DNA of 64,000 bases. Origin: Octopus vulgaris. Its lineage: Eukaryota. The notes under the pieces were generated by a model. It saw only the letters and a program-made list of their open reading frames with translations, made no database searches and was not told the origin of the DNA. Of this stretch, positions 53,202 to 64,000 are shown in pieces. Position 1 is the stretch's first letter. Every line of letters begins with the position of its first letter. The position numbers and the translations under genes are program-made. Location of the stretch: assembly GCA_951406725.2 (NCBI GenBank), contig OX597818.1:6820001-6884000 (forward strand), given 5' to 3'.

Positions 53202-54037
53202 ATGTGTGAGAGAGAGAGAGAGAGAGAGAGTTTGCATGTATTTTCAAAGATTCGCTCTAATGAAGGCTGCCATAATTATTTTGTCGAATATCCCTTTATG
53301 AAGTGAGTGATTTTTATTTGCTACATATCCAATTTTTGTAGGAAAAACAGTGGTCTATTAGTTATTTTGTTCTTGTATGTTTTGTATAAATTCTAAAAGT
53401 AGTGATGCACTGACAGAAATTAGATCTTCGTTATATAATTGAGTATGTGAAGTACAAAAGGTTCCTAAATGCTTTTTCTTGGAGGGTAGTTCTGCGTTTC
53501 GACACCATACTTTTACAATGTTATTGCACGTAAATCGGAATCAAGGGAAGCCGGTGTCCACCACACGCAGTATAATAAGTTTTCTGCTATATTATATGAT
53601 GTTTTATTTTCAATTGAAAACATCAGATTTCTTTTGTGGAGTAGTGTATATAGCATAAATCAATATCCAGAAAATATATTTATTTCAACTTATTTATTTA
53701 TTTGTTCCGCATATTCGCCGTGGTTGACTCTATTGAGCTTCTATATGAGTCCATTGAAAGAATATCTTGTAGGATGAAACTGTATATTGTTCATATATTA
53801 CAAACCGTTGAAATGATATCTCGAAATAATGTGTTGTGACACTTTATTATAATAATACCTGGAATAAACAATCCGCGTTTCATACACACACACAGGGCAA
53901 GAGGGATGGAGAGAGAGAGATAGAAAGACATAGGTAGATAGACAGATATATATATACACACACACACATATATATGTATGTATATGTTTATATATATATT
54001 TATGTACATAAGCATACATATATATGTGCGCGCGCGC

Positions 54038-54071
<34 letters not shown>

Positions 54072-55539
54072 TCACAAATTATTTCAACGATGTCTTAACA
54101 TATGATATGTGTGTGATAACAAAGGACCTTGAATCTATCTATCATATTTAATAAATAATATCATATTGACATTATCAAAAATATCATATACCTCTGTATA
54201 AAACCATATCGAGAAATGTGTTTGTATTTATAAAGGAATACATGTGAAACATCAGGTTTCCAGAGAATTTGTGCTGTATACTATTTAAAACAACAAATTT
54301 TCGCATGTATGTATATATGAATATTATATTTTGAAAAGTATATGTTAAACCTCTACATCATTTATTAAGGCGAAAATCATCCTAGTAGTATGAGAGAGTT
54401 ATCCCTCATTGACTGTCTCGTGTTAAACTTAGATATGTTCCAGAAACAGATAGATGAAGAAAGCATATTATGTTGAATTAAAGCTGATTGATACATCATC
54501 AACATAGGAAGGAGGAGCAGCAGAGGGGGTGATGAGTGTCGGTTGGGAGATAGAAGAAAAAATGTAGACAATAAGCAAGAAATTTAAAAAATTAAATGAA
54601 ACAATTTCTGGGGTCAGTACATTTGTATTATTTACTAGTTTACACCCTAGTTATAAACATATTATTAATGGTCACGATTTAGGGAAATTAAAGAATCGAC
54701 CCTTTTTGTACATTTCACCTTAAAATAAAAACTAATCATTTCACCTCATTTCTTTGATGCCATACCCGATTTGCCAAATTATATTTCTGTCGGAAAATAT
54801 ATTGACACATTCTCTAATATATATGTGCATCGATATTTTTTATGAATGTCATGAAACACATTTAGAAATAGATTCTGTTCCACAATAACGAACTACTTGA
54901 GAAGGCAAACCTTTACAAAATTAACTTTTTTCCCACAACCATAAACGAAAATTAAGAAACCTAAAAATCGTATGGATTTTAGAAGTCTTTCCCCACGAAT
55001 CCAAAATGTAAGAAACAAGCATTAATTGAATTGTATTGCCCAGCCAGTATTGGATAATAAAAACATTTAAACTCATAATTTCTCACAATATGCCACATGT
55101 GTGTATGCGCATATGTTTATATGCTTGTGTATGTGAGTGTCTGTGGTTATACAACTTCATAGCTTACCTTGTGTACAGATGGAGAAACGGAGAGAGGAAA
55201 CGAAAAGGTGGAGGTTTAATTCGCTTCACGAGATTTATATCTTCATACATGTTGCCGATTTCAATAAAAGGTAAATAAATTTACTATGGCTAAATCGTAT
55301 TTCTCTTACACAATGACTATAGACGGTGTAAAACAAACAAAAGTAAAAAACAAAAAACAAATTAGATTTGTTTACAAATGTCTTCGAAAAGGGGACAAAC
55401 AACACTATAAGTATGTGGGTGTGTGAGTGTGTGAGAGTTTTGCGCCTCTGAGTTTGTGTATATGTGTATGTGTGTGTGTGTGTGCGTGCCTCCATACACA
55501 TGTATATATCGTTTTCTATTTAATAATAATGAATCTATA

Positions 55540-56168
<629 letters not shown>

Positions 56169-56184
56169 TATTTTAGCAGCCCTG

Positions 56185-57276
56185 TCATTCCTGCGAATAA
56201 CTTAACAAGTTCGCTGTGGCATACTCGACCCAAGTGTTTGCAGAAGGTTGTGTGGAATGTAACGCAACGAAGTGAAGATAATCTGGTGATGGGCATCCAC
56301 AGCCTCAAAAGTCATTCCATTTTTGGTGACGTCTCATGACACCCATCCCCAAATATTCTGGATAGTCAGGAGAACATGGAGAATGATTCAAAGGATGGAC
56401 GTCATTTGTTCTGAAGAAATCCTTTGGTCTGTGAGCATTACGGATTATAGCATTATCTTCTTGATAAATCCAGTCTTCTCCACACAAAACGAGTGCCTTT
56501 AGTCAAGAGTGATGCCCGCTCCAACATGCCAACATAACCAGCTGTTGTTTGTCGCTCTTGCACCACCTGAAGTTCCATAGTTCTTTTGTACGAGAAAGTA
56601 TTCCACACCATGATAGAGCTTCCACCACTATATCCCACTGAAAATGTCTCCGGTGGAATAGCTTTTAATTGCCAGTATCGTGGGAAACCTTCAGGAGCGT
56701 GAAGGTTGAATTTCTCCTCAGCTGAGAATAAAACTGTCTTTCATTTGTGAACGACCCTGAACGTCCGGCATCTCTGAAGAGTTTTATGATTTTTAAAGCC
56801 CCCCCTCTCCCTCTCTCTCCCTCTCTCCATCTAATGTCGTCTGATTGTCGTTAATCTGCATTCTGCGCCCATAAGTGCCATAATCTGGTTTGATGATTGA
56901 CTTGTGGTTTACTTAACTTCCCGTCGAATATTTCTACTCAACGCTGGTAAAATTTTCTTTGGCCGGTCTGTCGACTTTTGCGATCCATAAGCCTCAGAGT
57001 CTTTTAAAGAGATCCCAATAGCAGTTTTACTGCGACCAATTTTCCTGGAGATGACACTTTGAAAAAAAACATTGCTTCTGGAGCTTTACAAATCAGCCAC
57101 GTTCAAAATCCGTCAACATTTTAGCTTTTCTTATTATTAGCTTTTCGTTGTTTTAGCTTTTCATTTTAGCTTATTATTATTATCAGAGAAAGCTAGAACA
57201 TAAATATCAGAACGTTTATAGTTTATAGCAGATTTAAACTTTTTATTTCTCATGGTCTTAAATTTTTGACCTGGTA
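56185..57276 (-). mobile_element. Tc1/Tc3-like transposon, degraded
   Basis: GGSSIMVWNTFS..YVGML..WIYQEDNAIIR..HSPCSPD; TIR-like end (ta)ccaggtcaaaaatttaagacc at 57254-57276. Confidence 0.82.
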
Positions 57277-57429
57277 AAATAATGTTCATTTTCATACAAT
57301 GCATATTTTGTGTATAAGATGTTAAACACTTCTTTAGGTTATCGTATATCCTTTTCTATATACGAATTATGAATCTAAAATGAAAGATAGTCGAATATAT
57401 CGGTCTGCAAGGATTGATTTCATAGGTTT

Positions 57430-58330
57430 TAAGGTTTTACCGTGTAGACACCCTGGTCTCGCGCCATTTCCGCTCTACCGGTTATTCACTACAACACCTG
57501 TTTGTGTTCAGACTGCTTTGCACAGGGGCCATCCGGACTCCTGGCTTCGCCATGAACAGAAATTAATCTTCTGTCTTCGTTCCTTTGCACCACATGGGCT
57601 AAACTACCCTCTCTCATCATCTGACTTCCCACCTCTCCTCCCTTCGTCTGACACCTACTTCCTTTTTTCACTCCTATCCACCTTCTCTCTTCAGTGATAC
57701 CACTCGCGTCTCACCCACATACACCGCAAGCCTATATACACACCTAACCCCTACCGCCACATTCCCATCCCACACCCTCACACGCCTACCCCACAACCCT
57801 ACCGCACACCACACCACACCACACTATCACACCACACCACTCCATAACACACCACACACACTAGCACTGACTAATTCCCAGCACCCTCACCACACACCTA
57901 CACAAATCTTTTCATCCACAAACCTACACACAATCTTTAATAGTGTCACCACATATACCACTATATGAGCAGCTACACGTTACAGACGCAAACACGCACG
58001 CATACGTCAAAGTCACTAGCCCCTATCGACACATACACACACTTTCTCACATGCACACGCATGTGCTCCTTCATTTTGGGATCACCAATACTTTTATCTC
58101 ACCTTCTTTCAAACATTTTGCTAATGAGTCGTCATACTTGACCCTAAATTCACAAGTTTTTTTCATATTTTCTATTCTCTCTCTGTTTGCTTCCTCATTA
58201 ATTTCTGTTGAAGAGCGTAGGCTCGAAAATTAAAACAGTGTTTCACATTCCCGAGCGTCAAACTAATACACCTACTTGTTGTTCATACACCTGTCTTCGT
58301 CTTTTGTTTTTCTTTAAATTTCAACTATGT
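57430..58330 (+). mobile_element. PLE 3' end (GIY-YIG C-terminus, C/A-rich 3' UTR, terminal repeat with variant hammerhead 58202-58235)
   Basis: VSRHFRSTG..RHEQKLIFCLRSFAPHGLN; ttt CTGTTGA a gagc-gtag-gctc GAAA. Confidence 0.8.
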
Positions 58331-58337
58331 TAAAATT

Positions 58338-59325
58338 TCAATTATATATAACAAGGGCGCTTTATTGTAAAAAAAACCCAGCTTTGCTAAAAATTAGGAA
58401 TCAAAATACTCCAAAGCCACAAAAAATAGCCGCATATTTTCACATGCATGTGAAAAACTAAGTAAAATAAGGATTGCATGTTACCTCTGCAAAATTGCAA
58501 GAAGCAATGTCAGTTAACTTGCTGTCATGATTTTGAATTTAGCGCCAAAACAGGTTTGATTCTCCTGAACCAGCTCTACTAGTAACAAACACTTATATAT
58601 CACTTCAACCAATGCCTGTATTCGTTTCATGCCTGAGTCACACATAGAAAAACCAAATAAGTGAATACAAATGATTTTAAAAAATATATAAAGAACATTA
58701 ATACTCATTAGAGATATTAATTTTAGTGGCTGCAAACTAAAACTGTAAAGGCAAAATAAATAGATATATATAAAAGAATTATATACAGCAAAGACGCTTC
58801 TTTTAAAAACACCAGCTTTGCTAACAATAAGGAGTCAAAATACAACGAAGCCGCAAAAATTAACACCCTATTTTTACTTGCATAGTTGGACAAAAAACTA
58901 CGTGAAATAAGGATTGCGTCTTACCTCTGCATAATAACAAGAAGGAAACACTCCGAAATGAGTGTTGAAGTGATATATAAGTGTTTGTTACTAGTAGACT
59001 TGGCTGAGGAGAATCAAGCGTGTGTTGGCGCTAAATTCGAAATCATCTGACTCCCCACCTCTCCTCTCCTAATCTGACGTTCCTTCTTGTTATTTGGCAG
59101 AGGAAAAACGCAATACTTATCCAACTATGCCTGTGAAAATATAGTGTTAATTTTCTATCCTACGGAGTGTTTTGGCTCTTTATTTTCAGAAAATTAGGCA
59201 GTTTAAAAAAAGCGCCCTTGTTATATATAATTCTTTTATAGAGGTCTATTAATTTTGCCTATACGGTTTTAGCTTGCAGCCACTAACATTAATCTCTCAC
59301 GAGTGTTACTGTTCTTTATATATTT
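58338..59325. repeat. Complex direct + inverted repeat of a ~435-bp unit
   Basis: 58340-58510 recurs at 58777-58950; 58963-59320 is an inverted, permuted copy (ctactagtaacaaacacttatatatcacttcaac vs gttgaagtgatatataagtgtttgttactagtag). Confidence 0.8.
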
Positions 59326-59359
59326 TTATAAGTACATACACTCACACATGTATATATAT

Positions 59360-59429
<70 letters not shown>

Positions 59430-59431
<2 letters not shown>

Positions 59432-61510
59432 TCTCCAGTCTGAACTTCACAAAGTGGACTGGAAATCGATCGAAAAAAGATCTTTAGACGGGACTGACTG
59501 AAATGTCTGTCCATACATCGGCATGAAAGTAGAGTATACAAGCCATATGCTAAAAATATGTCCCAAAGTACAAGGCCAACACTAAAAGGAACGAGATTCC
59601 AAAAGAGAGGAAAATCCTTTTGGGACGACGGAAAAAGTTTGCAAATCGCTTCAACCAACATCCCAAAAGTAGTGAAAAGTCCCACCTAAAAACGTCACTT
59701 GTGGACATTGAGGAAAGCCTGCAACATTCCTATGTGAAGGAGAGCAGACATGAAAGTTTGGATTATTAAAAAAACATAAAGTCAAATTCAAAGACTTTCT
59801 TTCATTATGCCAAAGAAACGGCCTCAGTACACTTCAAAATAGGACCCCACTTCCAAAAAGACGGTTCCCTCACAGATAACCCAGCCAAGATCAGTGAAAT
59901 CCTGGATGGCCACATCAAAAGTGTCTTTACCACTCACTCTTTACCACAGACAGGCAAACGAACCAGTGAATTTCTTTATCGCCTCACCTACAACCAGAGA
60001 GGCAGTTACGATAGATTACATCGACATTGGGGAAGAAGATATAATACTAGCCATAGATGAAGTGGGCGCAAACTCAGCTGCTGATCCTGATGACTTCCCA
60101 GCAAGCCTCCTCAAGTCATGCAAACATACTATGGCAAAACCACTACATATTCTTATCCAGAGTTTTCTTCCGAATTGCAAGCTGCCAAGCAAACTGAAGG
60201 AGAGAATAATATGCTCAATCTATAAAGGAAGGTCAGGTGCCAAAAATTATAGCTCTATCGCTTTGATTTAACACATCAGCAAATTCATGGAATTAATAGT
60301 CAGAGGGAAAGTAGTCGCATTCCTTGAAGAAAACGACTTTCTGAGTGATACTCGGCATAGATTTTGACCAGGTAGGAGCTGTCTGACACAGCTCCTACAG
60401 CACTATGACTGGGTGTTGAAGCAGTTACTTGACAATTCAAATGGGGACGTAATACACCTTGACTTTGCAAAAGGTTTTGATACAGTTTATGATATGCCTT
60501 CAAACTGCGGGATCTTGGCATAGCTAGAGAGTAGTTACATAACATTCTGAAAGATAGAATCAGGCAGTGATGGTCAATGGTGTCACCTCAAAGGAAATAC
60601 AAATAGAGTGGTGTTCCACAGGGCACTGTCTTAGGACCACTGCTTTTTATAGTGGCCCTATCAGATATACCCTCAGCTACCTGGATGACCACCCGTGCTA
60701 GCTAAGCTGATGACAGGAAAGACTTGCAGAAAATGCAAAACCCTAGCGATAGTGTACGCCTGCAGCAGGAACTGGACGCAGTTTGCATATGGGCTGGGGA
60801 CAATAATATGCAGTTTAATACTGAAAAGTTCCAAGCCTAGCGCTACCAGTACCCAAAATTAAACGGAAAACATCCAGGGTATACTAGCCCAGGTGAGATT
60901 ACAATTCCAAAACCTAAATCAGTGCGTGACCTGGGTATCGACATGAGTGATGACACCCCTTTCCAAGTGCACATTACCAAGATTGCGACAAAGTGTAGAC
61001 AGTACTGGCTGGTTGACTGGCTGGATCCTGAGAACCAGAGAGAAGGAAAACAAAATGGTTACTGCTTCCAACTATGGGAGTGCAAAATTAACATTGCAGC
61101 TGCTCAGCTACTGAGAAAGGCTGAAGCAGACTATACACCTGGAACCAAGGCGGAAGAGATATGCAGTAATATACATCTGGAAAATTCTGGAAGGTATAGT
61201 GCCAAATTGTGGCATTAAAAACTACACAAATACCAGAATGGGTCACCACTGCACAGTGCCAAACATCCCAACACTGCCATCGCATTTCAGGACCAGTTGC
61301 TGCAACAGCCACGGTTTCAAGGTCCCACGGCTTTTTAATATTCTTTTTAATATTTTAATATTCTCCCAAAGAGCCTGAGGGACCTACACAAAGCGGATAT
61401 GTTTTGAAACAAAACTAGATCTCTTCCTGGCGAGTGTCCCAGATGAACCTATCACGTGCAGTGGTTGTCAATGAGGGCAGCATCATCAAATTCCCTTATT
61501 TATGGCTGCA
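59430..61510 (+). mobile_element. CR1-like LINE ORF2 fragment (RT), degraded
   Basis: IKSNSKTFFHYAK, NSAADPD, AKNYSSIAL, GRSCLTQLL, HLDFAKGFD, SGVPQGTVLGPLLF, *ADD, WAGDNNMQFNTEK, VRDLGI. Confidence 0.88.
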
Positions 61511-61672
61511 GCTTTGAACTGAAACCAATAAAAGAATAAGAGAATATCATATATATCAATATATATTATATATATATTACACATATTACATGTATTATGT
61601 GTGTGCGCACAGGTGCGTGTGTGTGAATGTATGCGTGAATGTATATGGGATCGAATGTATGTATGTGTGTGT

Positions 61673-62380
61673 ATCAATATTTAGCAGAAGTGACAGAGGG
61701 ACTCAAGTTCAAGAGATTCGTGAGTTGGCATTTATCGAACTAGTCACAAGTCGAAGGCATGTAGGCTTATATAGTTGTTGGTACATCTCCCTCTCAATTG
61801 TTCTGAAACGACTCATGGTGTCACGCGGGATAATTGAAATAGTTTGCCTGTTACGTCGTTCAATAAGCAAATCATAGATAAATGTATAAGAAATAAAGAG
61901 AGAATAAAAGAAAGAAATATTGTGCGTGTCATCACACTCGCACACACGCATACACCCGTACACAAACACATAGACACATAAACACACAAACCCCGCAAAG
62001 TTCGCACATAAATGTGTGTATGTATGTGTGTATTGTGTACGCATATATATGTATGTTTGGATTTTCCGTTGATTTTATATATGTGTGTATATCTGATTGC
62101 GTGTGAGTGTGTGTGATGAAACGCACAAGATTTCTATCCTATTTTTCTCTATTTATTTCTTTACTTCTTTATTTGTCTATGTATTTGCTTATTGAACAAC
62201 ATAACGGGGAAACTACTTGAATTATCCATGTGACTTTATCATAAGTCGTTCTAAAACAATCCGGAGGGAAGTTTGTCAACAATTATATAAACCCACAGGC
62301 CTTCGACTTGAGATTAGTTTGGTAAGTGCCAACTCACGAAACTCGCAGAACTTGAGTCACTCTGTTCAACTAAATATTAA
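61673..62380. mobile_element. Fold-back/MITE-like element with ~280-bp diverged inverted arms
   Basis: gactcaagttc..ttcgtgagttggca..caagtcgaaggc..gttcaataagcaaat..gtgcgtgtcatcacac is mirrored at 62098-62380. Confidence 0.8.
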
Positions 62381-62389
62381 TAAAAGTAT

Positions 62390-62453
<64 letters not shown>

Positions 62454-62456
<3 letters not shown>

Positions 62457-64000
62457 GCGCCGCCTCAAACTTTGCGCATACTACCACGCGTCCCCGCAGC
62501 GTCACAACAATCAGGATTGCCTTTTGGAGCTGGGGCGTCGTCCATCCATCTGGACGCCGCCCCCAGGCCTTTTCAGTAGCCTAGATTCGTTTGTACATGA
62601 CTGCAACGCTTTGGTCCACCGTTTCAACTTTGAACCAAGACCCCGCCGAGCCAACCTCACTCGGGCCGAATCCATCGCCCTTCGCCACCTCCGCCGCCGT
62701 GATGACATTGTCATCAAACCGGCGGACAAAGGCGGGGCGGTGGTAGTGTGGCGCGCGGACCTATACAGGGAGGAAGCGCTCAACCAGCTTCAAAATCCCC
62801 TCTTCTACCGCCTCCTCCCCTCCGATCCCACCTCCTCCTACCAACAGCGAGTGTCCTCCACCATCCACGACCTCATCTCCTCCTCCGCTCTCCCCCACCG
62901 CCACCAACCTCATCGTCCGCACACCCCGCACCTCCACCATCTACTTCCTTCCCAAGATCCATAAACCCTCTAACCCTGGCCGTCCCATAGTCTCTGCCTG
63001 TAATTGCCCCACTGAACTCATCTCCCTATACCTCGACCGCATCCTGTCCCCCTTAGTCGCAGCCCTCCCATCCCACATACACGACACCAACCACGCCCTC
63101 CGTCTCTTCAATTCCTTTTCCTTCCCTTCCAGCCCCTCACACCTCCTCTTCACCTTAGATGTAAAATCCCTGTACACAGTGATTCCCCACAATGACGGTC
63201 TCCTAGCCCTCCAACACTTCCTCGACCGTCGTCCCGACCCCACCCCCAGCACCCCCACCCTTCTCCATTTGGCTGAGCTCGTCCTCACCCTCAATTGCTT
63301 CACGTTCGCCGGGGAAACATACCAACAGCTGTCCGGGGTCGCGATGGGTACTAGGATGGGCCCCAATTTCGCCAATCTCTTTCTTGGCTACATTGAAGCC
63401 CAAGTGTTCTCCCAGTTCTCTGGGCCGACCCCCGAACTATACGGTCGCTATATCGACGACTGCGTAGGTGCCACCTCCCTTTCCCGTGAACTTCTCGGCC
63501 AATTCATCTCTTTCCTTTCCAACTTTCACCCCTCTCTTCAATTCACCTCCACCATCTCCAACACCTCTGTCAACTTCCTTGACATCTCTCTCCGCATCGA
63601 TCACCCCTCCAGCTCTCTCACCACCACCGCCTTCTTTAAACCTACGGATTCCCACCTCTATCTCAACTTCTCTTCCTCCCACCCCTTCCACACCAAACGA
63701 GCCATCCCCTACTCCCAGTTCCTCCGCCTCCGACGTTTGTGCAGCCACGACCAGGATTTCGAGACCCAATCTCAATACCTGGCCCGCATGTTCAGACTCC
63801 GAGGTTACCCACCCACACTCCTCTCTGATGCCCTCACCCGCGCCCGTCGCATCGACCGCACTACCGCCTTGTCTCCTTCCCCCCGCCCACCCCCCAACCG
63901 CACCCCCTTCCCCCTCCTTTTCCACCCCTCTACCCTACCCCTTCGTCGCAAGATACTACGTGCCTTCCGTCGCCTCCAGCTTGATCCCACCACCCGCCCC
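62454..64000 (+). mobile_element. Young Neptune-type PLE reverse transcriptase (runs off the window)
   Basis: DDIVIKPADKGGAVVVW, one frameshift near 62895, then YFLPKIHK..GRPIVSAC..FTLDVKSLYTVIP..GVAMGTRMGPNFANLF..YGRYIDD..VNFLDI..KPTDSHLYL..IPYSQFLRLRRLCS, open to the end; 5' junction at (TA)n. Confidence 0.95.

Noticed and set aside
62941-63993. Minus-strand ORFs
   Set aside because: Antisense shadows of the GC-rich PLE RT frame.

Overview
Very AT-rich, microsatellite-dense eukaryotic DNA. The SINE families and repeat content look like a coleoid cephalopod, probably Octopus (inference from recalled repeat families, not a search). I find no recognisable host protein-coding gene; most of the ORF track is microsatellite or antisense noise. 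The window is a mosaic of transposable elements: at least five R4/Dong-type LINE copies (RT + zinc knuckle + REL endonuclease), four of them set in (TAA)n arrays; at least seven Penelope-like element (PLE) pieces (RT and/or GIY-YIG) with minimal type-I hammerhead ribozyme motifs in their terminal repeats; two mariner copies; a Tc1/Tc3-like copy; a hATm-like fragment; non-autonomous Helitrons; a CR1-like LINE; two tRNA-derived SINE families; and several fold-back structures. Most interesting: (1) a 2.1-kb ORF1-only (HAL1-like) L1/Tx1-type retroelement inserted with a 15-bp TSD into the tRNA-like head of a SINE, with a related 3' tail shared by a SINE subfamily that also lands in SINE heads; (2) a near-perfect 344-bp palindrome apparently folded back on a hammerhead stem II; (3) a Nematis-type GIY-YIG ORF whose Cys linker is replaced by an in-frame Asn-rich tract. 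About 44.4-55.5 kb is TE-poor and may hold non-coding exons or regulatory DNA.
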